This document shows positions 19,040 through 29,000 of a stretch of 57,144 nt of DNA, in pieces. Positions within the stretch are counted from its first letter, which is position 1, and the number at the start of each line of letters is the position of its first letter. The notes beneath the pieces are model-generated. The model saw only the letters and a program-made list of their open reading frames with translations, was not told the DNA's origin and made no database searches. The translations under genes and the position numbers were made by a program. The DNA is from a virus (taxonomy: Duplodnaviria > Caudoviricetes), in IMG/VR virus record IMGVR_UViG_3300022178_004562, positions 1 to 57,144 of that record; one strand, 5' to 3'.

Positions 19040-19431
19040 TATCGTTTATCTTTTTTGCGATGCTTTTTTAAAATTTTATCCCACGTTTTCCAAGAGTTCT
19101 CCATATCGCTTACGGCAGAATTAAGTTTCTTTCCTATCTTGTCCATATGAGCGTGAAATTCTTTCTTTACCTCGTCGTAATGCCGTCTATCGTTCCAATC
19201 ATACATATCGGATTCTCTTGGACCAAAATCAATTGTTTCCATTTCACCAAAATTGATTCCCCATTTATGTCCATAGTCAGAAACATCACTTAGTTTTGAA
19301 AATGTAGGAAGTTTTGATTCTTTAAGTCTCTTGGCCTCCTTGACATCAGCTAAAGTTGGTAATGGATCGCCAAATTTTCTATTTTCGAATCCAGGTGAAC
19401 TTTCTTGCAGCAGTTTTTTTAATTTTATCAT
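18926..19431 (-). repeat. Duplicated 114-nt coding leader (18926-19039 and 19318-19431)
   Basis: MIKLKKLLQE(N/S)SPGFENRKFGDPLPTLADV(Q/K)EAKRLKE, 36/38 aa identical with many synonymous nucleotide differences. Confidence 0.85.
19039..19431 (-). CDS. Small protein with MIKLKKLLQE leader
   Basis: 130 aa, coupled to neighbours. Confidence 0.7.
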   Translation of the reverse strand: MIKLKKLLQESSPGFENRKFGDPLPTLADVKEAKRLKESKLPTFSKLSDVSDYGHKWGINFGEMETIDFGPRESDMYDWNDRRHYDEVKKEFHAHMDKIGKKLNSAVSDMENSWKTWDKILKKHRKKDKR

Positions 19432-19745
19432 TTTTTCTTCTTTTTTCGTTTTGGACCATGTGAATGTTCTTTTACTTTAGTCACCTTTAGTTTCTCGGCT
19501 GGTACGTCCTCGTACAACTTATTACCAAATTTAACTGTGTAGTATTCAATCGAACCATCTTCCGTTAATGTGTGTGTCATTACTGTACCTTCACCCAACT
19601 GTTTCTTAGTGGAAACCTTCCACTCAACGTGGGTTGCTCAATTGTGTGGTATTTCACCATTTAGTTTAGTCAGCTTAGTATATCCATCGTTCTCTTCAAT
19701 GACTTCCTGGATGATCTCTCTTAGTATCTTAGATGTTAACTTCAT
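19428..19745 (-). CDS. Putative selenoprotein, 105 aa, UGA (Sec) at codon 36
   Basis: Not in ORF track. MKLTSKILREIIQEVIEENDGYTKLTKLNGEIPHN(U)ATHVEWKVSTKKQLGEGTVMTHTLTEDGSIEYYTVKFGNKLYEDVPAEKLKVTKVKEHSHGPKRKKKKK; fills the gap exactly, overlaps the polA end and has an ATGA overlap with the next gene; SECIS-like hairpin follows the UGA. Confidence 0.75.
19593..19634 (-). promoter_or_regulatory. Bacterial SECIS-like stem-loop
   Basis: Upper stem AGUGGAA-GGU-UUCCACU (19624-19608) begins 13 nt after the UGA at 19640-19638; lower stem ACCCA/UGGGU and GUU/AAC. Confidence 0.7.
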
Positions 19746-21000
19746 TCATATCTCCAAAATTATTTCCTGATTTTGCTTTCACGATAAATCCTCCTTTCTG
19801 TAGAATTTCCATCAAGTCGGATATAACATTTTCTTTCTCATGCACATCGAACAAAAAACTATCATAATTGTATAAAATCAGGATAGTCTTCTTCTTGTAT
19901 AAGTATCTTTGAATCTCTAGAATCGTACGAATATTCCGTTCAGTCTCAGTAGCCTGAATGTAGTAGTTCAATAGCTTGTTTGCTGACATGTCATCGTAGT
20001 TCTGTTTTAAAAATCTTCTCTTGTATATGGGGGTCTCTATGAATCCATCAGAATTAAAGTTTGTCCACAATAGATCAGATAAATCCTTGACTCCTTTGAA
20101 GAACGGATTCATCTCTCCAACCTGAGGAGGTATAGTGCCGTACAGATATTTAAATGACATTGCCTTACTCTCATCGTACGTTACGTTTCCATAATACTGT
20201 CTGAGGTGTTCATGTACTGAGGTTTTAGGAAATTCATAACCTATCAAGTCCCCCAGTATTCTCACGTGATATGCATCATAATCACATTCCATTAGATAGT
20301 CATTTTGAGCTACAATGAAAGTTCTCTTCTTGGGTTCCAGAGCTGCGAAGTTGATACCACCAAAGCTATTTGATGGACGACCTGCAGATGTGCATAAGAA
20401 ATAATCCGTATACATTTTGTTTTCACTAATGTGTTTCTCTACTTTGGATCCAAACAACTCAATGACTTGTGGATCAACCTTCACTCCAACTCTCTCAATT
20501 GAGTATAGAGCAAGTATAGCATTGTTATTGTACTCGATATAACTAGTAAGTTGATCATCCTTGAGAAGCGAGTAGAAAGTTTCAATCCTGACAGCTACGG
20601 CATCGCAATATTCTTTATGTTTTAATAGTGGTATTACTGCATTAATATTTTCTATACTATAGTGTTTATTATACATGACATCCAAACAATTTATCCTGAT
20701 GTCGGATAGATCTAGATCATTTCCTGTTAGATAATACCACATTAGACTTGCATCATATACTTGAGGAAATGGATACACGGATAGCAAATCCTTCTTGTTA
20801 GGTGTGATCATAGGAACATTCATGAGATCGTCTAGTGTTCCCGCTTCCAGATTATCCAGATGGTTGAATGTTCTGATCTCAGAAGGTTCGTTTGGTGGCT
20901 TCACGTACAAAACAGACAAGGAGTTCTCTCCATGTCGAGAATGTCTGGTAGGTGATGCAAATATAGGTATTACTATGTAGCAATCTTCTAATGTAACCAT
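19729..21000 (-). CDS. polA: Divergent family A DNA polymerase-like protein
   Basis: TSAGRPS, motif A ECDYDAYHVR, motif B KAMSFKYLYG, NYYIQATE, motif C YNYDSF; only 423 aa. Confidence 0.75.
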   Translation of the reverse strand: MVTLEDCYIVIPIFASPTRHSRHGENSLSVLYVKPPNEPSEIRTFNHLDNLEAGTLDDLMNVPMITPNKKDLLSVYPFPQVYDASLMWYYLTGNDLDLSDIRINCLDVMYNKHYSIENINAVIPLLKHKEYCDAVAVRIETFYSLLKDDQLTSYIEYNNNAILALYSIERVGVKVDPQVIELFGSKVEKHISENKMYTDYFLCTSAGRPSNSFGGINFAALEPKKRTFIVAQNDYLMECDYDAYHVRILGDLIGYEFPKTSVHEHLRQYYGNVTYDESKAMSFKYLYGTIPPQVGEMNPFFKGVKDLSDLLWTNFNSDGFIETPIYKRRFLKQNYDDMSANKLLNYYIQATETERNIRTILEIQRYLYKKKTILILYNYDSFLFDVHEKENVISDLMEILQKGGFIVKAKSGNNFGDMNEVNI

Positions 21001-21013
21001 TTGTATGTATCCG

Positions 21014-24000
21014 TTAAGACTTGTTAGATTGTATTATCCCATGTATAAACTTACTAAAAAGTAACTCACCAGGCAACACTTTTTCTTGTTCGTTCACTCT
21101 AGGTGCAAAGAACCAAGAAATTATTCCATTGCCTCTGTATTGGAAAATCTCTATATCAGTGTTTGCCTTGATCGTTATTCCTCTTGATCCCAAAGTAAAC
21201 ATGGCATCGAGAACTCTCTCTAAATTTTCATTTGGTGTTCCTTGAAACGGAACTTCATATCTACCAAAACCCAATGCTGGAAATATTTCATTACTCGAAG
21301 GATCTTCAATATCTATCTGCTCTGAATTACTATCCAGTGGATTTGATGGTACCACTATAGTAGGTCCTTGAGCAAAACAATTATAAAAAATATTTACAAG
21401 AGAAGCAAATACTCTTGGTTGTTTAGGATCTAACATTTTTTTGATTTGAGATTTAGTCAGATCTGGAAAATTGTCTCTCAATGGATAGTTGAAAAGATCC
21501 AATGCTATCTTTGTTGTAAATTTTGCTCCAGTAGTAAACGGTTGTGTTGATTGTATCGGATTCAGCTGAGTTATTGCATTAGTAAATGAACTCCACCCCT
21601 TCAGTCCTATAAAATCAATACCTTTCTTATCTACAACCAAATCATCCTTAGATACATATGTTATGTTTGATAATGGATTGCCTGTCCTTGGGTTAAATTT
21701 TCGACCAGGACCCGTAAGTAAACTTGGGTGAGTTGCCATTCTCCCTGATAATGTGGTTGTCCATGTACCCGGTGTTATTGTGTGAGATTGTCCAAGTAGC
21801 TGTATGACCTGTCTATCCAACCACGTACTGGGAAGATAATCTAATCTAACCATCCCTCCAACCATATTGTATCCAATACCATACGTGTCAAATGATACCT
21901 CTATTGGTAATATTTTTATACCATCTTCATACTTTTCTAGTTCATTACTCTTTTGATTTCTATCAGCAGCACTTCCCACCCCTGTTCCTACATCATCGTT
22001 ACCCTCAGCCGATACGTTTACACCGGAATCATTAGATAATGAAGCGTTACTGGTTCCAACCTCTCTGGAAGTACTCTCTGGCTTTCCCATAACTTCTCTA
22101 AAATCTGCCGGTTTTGCAAACGTTGCTTCATATGCACCTTTGTCTGCATACCCCGTAGAGACTCCATCTATCTTGAGTGCTTGAGGGATACCTCCTGCAG
22201 TACTGGGTAGATATCGTATCGAAGCATTCTCAGGAAGTGTTATTTGGCTGTCATACCAATCATTAGTAGTTATTCTAGAATCCACAAGATCGCCCAGAGG
22301 AAATAAACCTCCTGCAGATCCACCCAATGCATTTATTACCTCATCAGCTATCAAGGAATCATTGGTAACCGTATAGTTCATTGATAAATTCTTTACAATA
22401 CTATTGGGTGAGTGTGGATTAAATATAAACAGTTGATCAAAAGAACTCTTTTTCAATTTAGGAAATGATAAATCTTTCAAGTAGTATGTACCGCTAGGAT
22501 AGTTTCCTAATTGAAAATCAGCATTATTTGAAGTGTACGAATCCAACTCATCTGTCAGCTTACCTAAAAATTCTGGAATCTTGGTTGATGTCCTATATAG
22601 AGTCGTTATGGTGTTTAAATTTATGAATATTTCACCTATTGGGATACCAATCTGTCCACTAAACATATCGCTCTCTAGAACCTGACTTCTTCCATCCCTT
22701 GACATTTTCGTCTTGTCTTCTTGTAGTTTACCCTGTGGTTCTTGTAGTAGATCTTTCACGGAATCATAATACTTAGTGTTGAAGAGGTGTTTATCCTTTG
22801 TTCGTTCTTGTGGTGGAATCGGAGTAGTGATGGTTCCTGCTGCGACTTTAATATACGCCTGAGTACCAGGGTTTGGTACCAAGATGCCATCATCGGTTAT
22901 ATCAGGGTTGTAATTTAGATCACGATATGCTGGATTTGAAGCCAATACGGTATTCAAAAGATTTACAGATCGTTCAGCAGTTGGTGTTCCGATCTTTGCT
23001 ACATCCAATAGTTGCTTGAGTGCTCGTCGAATTGAGTTGTTCTGTGGATCCGTTTCTATGTTGTAATTCTTGGTATTTTCATAATCTTCTGAAACATACT
23101 CTTGTATGGTTGCATTGGAGCTGTTCCACTTTTGTGGAAACTCGATTGTTGGATCATAGCTCCATCTCCAAGACCCAATATTCAAGATCATATCAGGAGC
23201 TGCTCGTTGAGCATCGCTCATCTCTACTTTCTTCCAATAACAAGTTGGTAATTGTGCGTTTACAAAAAATCCATCATCCGTAGTGGACCACCAGTACATT
23301 TTGGGATCATAGAATATAGATTTTAGTTTCTGAGCTGCATTTAAGAGACGTCCCCTGTTGTCGATAAACCCATACCCATTATCATGGAGCATCTTTAGAT
23401 CTTCAAAGTACTCTTCACTAGTGGTTGGCTCTAACTGAAATGTGCTGATATTAGTGGGTAGATTATTAAGATCTACGCGATTTCCGTTTGAATCCCACAG
23501 ATAAAATTCACATGTTGGGAGAGATGGTGCAGTATTTGTGTCTCCACCAAGTACAGTTTCAAAATTCTTCTTCACCTTGAATCTTCCTACTGATGGGTCA
23601 TCTGTTTGAGGTGCCTTACCTGACTGAGCTAACAGATTTTCACCTACAGTAACCTCCAAAAGAGCAGTCGCTCCTTCACCCAACCGTTCATCAAAAAAAC
23701 CTATATCAAAACGATTTGGAATTCCTCCTATGTATTCATTACCCACGGTGTGGAGATATATACTGTTATTTGTATTCTCATCTATCCAAGCGTATTGTTG
23801 TTGTTGAGCATTAATGGATTGGTCCGAAAGAGCTAGATCAATGGTAAATGATAATCTAACCATTGGTATATCATATGGTCCAGGGAGCTGATCCAATAGT
23901 TTGAATGCACTGAGGTCCGTAGTGGCTTTTTCTGGCCATGGATAATCAATCTTGAAGTGACCACTCTTGCCACCTAGTCCCGGGATATACTCTCTCACTG

Positions 24001-25786
24001 CATACTCACCTCCACCCTGAAGTTCTCCGAGAATGTTACCACCGTCAACAAATTCTATATAAAGTGGTGTTCTTCCATCTCTTCCCATGAGACTCACTGT
24101 ATTCGTTTTGGCTTTTAGATTGTCTGTTATTCCACTAGTTATCTTAATCTTTATGCCACCACTGGGTATTCTACTTTGTATTGTATCCCATACACTAGAT
24201 TCTTCTCCTGGATCTATTTCTGCAAAATTAAATTCTGTTATTGGTGATGGTGGTGGCTCCGAGCCAATAATCATACCCCAATCCTCGGGATATATAATAT
24301 GAAGTTTGTTAGTATCATCCGGTTGGTATGATGTTTGTTGATCATACAACCCATCAGTTACTTGAGTATATTCGTTTGTAGTTTTGAAAAGTGGACTATC
24401 TGTATTTCCCGTTCCGCTAATTTCACTTAAAATTTCTTCCATCACCTGAACGGTAATAAATGTGTTTGAAAAATCTAGAGACTTATGAGGATCTGTTGTA
24501 TTGATATAAATTCCAGTTGTTGCAATAGACTCCTTGGTCTTTGGAGGTGTATTATCTTTTTCAAAAGGTACTACACCAGTAGGAGATTGTATCGTAGGAC
24601 CAAAGTCTTCTATCACATATTTTTTTGCTTTGGAAGAGTTAAGAGAATCTATGTTTCCTACTTGATTTTTGTGATTACCTTTAATTGTTTGAAGAATTCT
24701 ATCGTGGATTTTTTTCACAAAGAGATTACTTTCATTACTGGCTTGACCCTCTGATGGGTCTGTGGGTGATGATGAATCAAAAGATCTTTCTACTAAACCA
24801 ACATTTCTTCCATATACGTTTATGCTACAATCAAATGAACCATCTGGTCTAAACTCAGCACTAAAATTTCCAACCGTACCCACGATCGTCAACAGATCGC
24901 CCCCGGATGTAGTCACAAAGCCCTTTTTACCATACAAGGCATCGAACATAGTATCTCCTCTACCCAGTCCCTTGACTGCAGATTCATCTATAATGATATC
25001 TGGATTGTATAGCAAACTGGTATCCCATCCAGCATCTATGACGACTGTAGCTCCATTTCTCAGAATGTATCTTGAATAAATGTTAGTGAAGTCATGAATA
25101 TTATGTACAGAAAATCTCACCACAGCTTCATACTGAGACGCCAGAGTACCAGTGATGCTGCGTGAGTTAATGGTGACTGATGTCAAACCTGCTGGAGGTG
25201 AAAAGAATTCATTTGGATTCTTCTGAGACATTTTGGGATCAGGAAATATGCCTGTACTGTCGAGTTGTTGCTCGGTAGAATATATTAACTTTGAATCTAA
25301 CGTATTCTCAACGTTATTACCTAGCATGTACACTTTAGGTTTTGTTATCTGTGTTACTTCCGTTATTGGTCGTTCGTAGATTCTTTCTCTTCCTTGTTCG
25401 TCTGTCTTTCTGACATATGACGTACCAGCCTGCTCTGCTTCAATTCTTTTGTCTTCTGATGGAAATTTGTTATCCGGATAATCAGTGGATAGATTGTCGT
25501 TGGAGTCGTCTTGTTGGACTACCTGAACAGCAGTCCATAAACGTGCCATTGGTACTCTTGAGGATAAATCCGCTGCACCTCCGTATCCATGTCCCTCTCC
25601 ACCTAAGACTTCATTTATAGTTGGGTTGGGTATATCGCCCACATCAAAATTAAAACTAAGTGGTTGATTTGGAGGTGTGGTGCCTCCAGCTAAAACCTGT
25701 CGAGCATATAGTTTCATCTTGACGTCTTGGGGTAAATCAAAACCGTCTAGATTGGTATTACCTAAAAACTTTTTTGGATCACTCAT
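21014..25786 (-). CDS. Large baseplate hub/tail-associated protein
   Basis: 1590 aa directly after the LysM-like wedge; N-terminal IDAGWD...GTVGNFS..DGSFDCSI and C-terminal ..HTITPGTWTTTL typical of hub proteins. Confidence 0.55.
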   Translation of the reverse strand: MSDPKKFLGNTNLDGFDLPQDVKMKLYARQVLAGGTTPPNQPLSFNFDVGDIPNPTINEVLGGEGHGYGGAADLSSRVPMARLWTAVQVVQQDDSNDNLSTDYPDNKFPSEDKRIEAEQAGTSYVRKTDEQGRERIYERPITEVTQITKPKVYMLGNNVENTLDSKLIYSTEQQLDSTGIFPDPKMSQKNPNEFFSPPAGLTSVTINSRSITGTLASQYEAVVRFSVHNIHDFTNIYSRYILRNGATVVIDAGWDTSLLYNPDIIIDESAVKGLGRGDTMFDALYGKKGFVTTSGGDLLTIVGTVGNFSAEFRPDGSFDCSINVYGRNVGLVERSFDSSSPTDPSEGQASNESNLFVKKIHDRILQTIKGNHKNQVGNIDSLNSSKAKKYVIEDFGPTIQSPTGVVPFEKDNTPPKTKESIATTGIYINTTDPHKSLDFSNTFITVQVMEEILSEISGTGNTDSPLFKTTNEYTQVTDGLYDQQTSYQPDDTNKLHIIYPEDWGMIIGSEPPPSPITEFNFAEIDPGEESSVWDTIQSRIPSGGIKIKITSGITDNLKAKTNTVSLMGRDGRTPLYIEFVDGGNILGELQGGGEYAVREYIPGLGGKSGHFKIDYPWPEKATTDLSAFKLLDQLPGPYDIPMVRLSFTIDLALSDQSINAQQQQYAWIDENTNNSIYLHTVGNEYIGGIPNRFDIGFFDERLGEGATALLEVTVGENLLAQSGKAPQTDDPSVGRFKVKKNFETVLGGDTNTAPSLPTCEFYLWDSNGNRVDLNNLPTNISTFQLEPTTSEEYFEDLKMLHDNGYGFIDNRGRLLNAAQKLKSIFYDPKMYWWSTTDDGFFVNAQLPTCYWKKVEMSDAQRAAPDMILNIGSWRWSYDPTIEFPQKWNSSNATIQEYVSEDYENTKNYNIETDPQNNSIRRALKQLLDVAKIGTPTAERSVNLLNTVLASNPAYRDLNYNPDITDDGILVPNPGTQAYIKVAAGTITTPIPPQERTKDKHLFNTKYYDSVKDLLQEPQGKLQEDKTKMSRDGRSQVLESDMFSGQIGIPIGEIFINLNTITTLYRTSTKIPEFLGKLTDELDSYTSNNADFQLGNYPSGTYYLKDLSFPKLKKSSFDQLFIFNPHSPNSIVKNLSMNYTVTNDSLIADEVINALGGSAGGLFPLGDLVDSRITTNDWYDSQITLPENASIRYLPSTAGGIPQALKIDGVSTGYADKGAYEATFAKPADFREVMGKPESTSREVGTSNASLSNDSGVNVSAEGNDDVGTGVGSAADRNQKSNELEKYEDGIKILPIEVSFDTYGIGYNMVGGMVRLDYLPSTWLDRQVIQLLGQSHTITPGTWTTTLSGRMATHPSLLTGPGRKFNPRTGNPLSNITYVSKDDLVVDKKGIDFIGLKGWSSFTNAITQLNPIQSTQPFTTGAKFTTKIALDLFNYPLRDNFPDLTKSQIKKMLDPKQPRVFASLVNIFYNCFAQGPTIVVPSNPLDSNSEQIDIEDPSSNEIFPALGFGRYEVPFQGTPNENLERVLDAMFTLGSRGITIKANTDIEIFQYRGNGIISWFFAPRVNEQEKVLPGELLFSKFIHGIIQSNKS

Positions 25787-25789
25787 TTA

Positions 25790-26089
25790 TTATAGATCGG
25801 TTGCTCCTGCAGGATCAGGTGGTATCCTCAAGGATGTCCCTGCAGGTACATTCATAGTAACTAAATTGTTTGTTCTTGCTATGAACCACCAATATGATTG
25901 ATCTCCATAGTACAGAAACGCTAATTGATCTAAACGGTCACCCTCTTGTGTCACAACAAAAACATCATTGTTTGATTCTTGGACCGGTGCGTATAGAGTG
26001 GTTCTGTAAGCATTCACTGTTCCGACTCTCTCTCCATACTCATTGTTTTGGTCTTTCTTTCTAATAATTGTATTGGCGTATCTCTTCAT
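25790..26089 (-). CDS. Baseplate wedge LysM-like protein (gp53/Tail X-like)
   Basis: TQEGDRLDQLAFLYYGDQSYWWFIARTN...GTSLRIP. Confidence 0.8.
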   Translation of the reverse strand: MKRYANTIIRKKDQNNEYGERVGTVNAYRTTLYAPVQESNNDVFVVTQEGDRLDQLAFLYYGDQSYWWFIARTNNLVTMNVPAGTSLRIPPDPAGATDL

Positions 26090-26090
26090 G

Positions 26091-29000
26091 TTATACTAAA
26101 TTCCCTATATTCCCAGCCACTGTATTTATTGTATCTAAATCGATGTTAGGTATTTGTTCTAGTGCTTTTGATAATTGTCCATATTTTTCTTGTTTATAAG
26201 ATAAATCCGTACCGGTTGATATACCATACCTCTTACTATCCATTTCTGGTACACCTTCTGAGATAACTGTATAGTTCATTGATATGTCAAAATATTTAGG
26301 TACTCTTGCACCTTCTCTATGTTCCCACACAGTATTCTCAGGAAATGATACGTTCAGAGAATTGAAAAATCCTAAAGTCCCAACAGTCTTTGAAGTACCA
26401 TATAGTTCTCCAAGTCTCATGCGTACTAGAGGTGGTCTCATTCTTACTTTTCCAAATAGATCTCCATCTTCTCTATATTCAGGATATGCCATTCCAGATA
26501 ATTTTTCTAGCTTGCCATACATACGATCGAGTTCACCTGCAGATAAAGCAAAGCATCTCAACGTAAAGTTTAAATTCCGTACCGTATTTTGATATATGTA
26601 AACGGGTTCGGAGCGTCCCAGATACTCTTCTGTGTTCCAATTGGGTGAATAATCATCCGTGATACCTCCTACTAAATACGCTCTCAATACTACAAATTTA
26701 TTATCTCTGAGATCCTTAAAGTAAAAAGGCATTCCATGTTGTGGAGATTCCACTAATGAGTTTTTATTTTCAGTTATTGGCTCTAATGTGTGTTGATCAA
26801 CACCAGGTTGTATATTTCCTGGATAATAGGTGTTGGTCACCCACTGACCTATTTGACTATCATCATCTGTAGCTGTTCGAAACCTGCTAGCATACATTTC
26901 ATCGCCTGGTCTGCTTGGTAGATCTGCTAGTGTTGGTTTACCTAATGCTGTATCTCCTTTGAGTAAAATTGATCTAGCATCATATGCTAATTGAAATCTA
27001 GAGGCTTGTGAGAATGTACTCGACATCAATACCGGTTGAGATATTGCTCCATTTGAAAGTGCATCAAAATAAATATATGATAAAGTTTTGGATTGAATAT
27101 CCGTACTTCCAGGAGATGCTGCATTTTCTATATGGAGTTGATCTAACTGCGCTACATTTTGAGCCGTTTGATCGACATAGCTGATCACTCCAGAAGCCCT
27201 CATTTGACTCAAAGATGCTTGATCTACTATATTTGAGCCATTACCACCATATCGGACGAATTGCATACCATTGCGTCCATCCTCAGGATCTATATCATAA
27301 GGTGGTCTACCATACTTCAATCGTGCAGGTCCGTATCCATATTCAGGCTGTCCTAACTGGTTTAGTCCTGATACTGGCATCTTGGCTAATTGTGAATATA
27401 CAGTTCCAGCTTCCAATCTACCATAATTTTGTTGAAAAGTGTTATTTTCTGCATAAACCAAAAAGCCTTCACTATTGGAGATGTTTCTAACTCCCAACAT
27501 ACCAACTAATCTATCTTCCACTTCTTGACCAGGTCTCAGTGGTGGTCCCAATGGTGACGGTATTCCAGCTTTATCTCTTAGTAATTCTGTTAAAGTTTTT
27601 GGTCTTGCTGCAGCATATGGATATGATGGTATACCCACTGAAGGAAGCAAAGCTCCTATTCGAGGAAGAAACGGTAAACCTCCTAAATTTCCATTAACCG
27701 TTATGGGTGATCCTAAATTTAAATCAGGAAGAGCCTTAGCGTCAAGATATATAGCTTTACCCAACTTTCCAGTAAATCCTACAACATCTTTACCTATATC
27801 AAAACCAGCTTTGGCAGTATTGAATGCTCCACTAGCTAGCGGACTAGCAAATCTACCAGCTGATGAGGTTAAACCTGCTGCTCCTCTACCCAGAGCTCCT
27901 AAACCTCTGCTGACTCCAGAACCTATTGATCCTAATCCTGCACCAACGGGTCCTAATGCTCCACCAACAGCCCCTCCTACAGAGGATAAGATTTGACCAG
28001 ACTTCATGGCTATTGCCTTCAAACTATTTTTTAGAGCCGTGAGGTCAATTGGCTCAGAACGTTGAATACCTCCAAATCCCGGTAAGTCTGGGAGATCTAT
28101 CTGTCCCAGTCTGTTCCATCCCTTAGCAACAAAATCACCTACACTCTTGAGGTCGTCCATCACACTACCCTGGAATATAGCACTGCCTCCTGTACCCTGA
28201 AAACTACTCCTCAATCCCTGTGCTAGTGGATTAAGAAATGCTGAACCTATTTTAATTGCTCCTCTTCCAGCTGTAATTCCAGCTGAACCAATAAAAGCTG
28301 CTGTGGAACGACCTGCTGAGCCTATTCCGGATAAAAAATTTCTATTTGATGGATCTAATCTCCAATCTACCACCGGTCGAGATTGCCACGTTTGAGACAA
28401 ATAGGATAGTACATCTCCTACCTTGTCACCAGCTCCTATACCAAAAGATCTACTCTTATCTCTTGTAAATGCTAAACCAGCACTCGTTGCTCTAAACGAC
28501 CTCGTACCTATATCGACTGCTCCGGAGCTTATGGCAGACAATACATCACCACTGGTGTTGAATATACTACCTCCTATAGCAGCTCCAGTCTGACCTGCAC
28601 TTCTAAATCTATCCCCTATGGAAGTAAAAACTGGTCCTAAACCATCTAAACTACCATCTAAGAAATTGACTGAATCTCGAAACTCAATTCGTGAGAGTTT
28701 AGTCTGAATATTTTTTATTTGTGTACCCAGTACACCTGTATATGGTGCTAAAAATGATCTTGTATTTGAAAAATCATAACTTCCTGGACCAACACTAAAT
28801 GGATTATTTAAATCTATATTTAGAGTAGATGGTCCACCCGCACCACCTCCACTTATTGAAATGTCACCAGGAACAAAACTTCCTTTTTTTCTCTTGAGAG
28901 AGCCCGCGGTTGGTACCCTGAAGTTGAATCCACCTGGTAGGTTTAATGTAATATTCTCATGGTAAGTATCAAGAACTGAATCTTGATAGGACATATCTGT

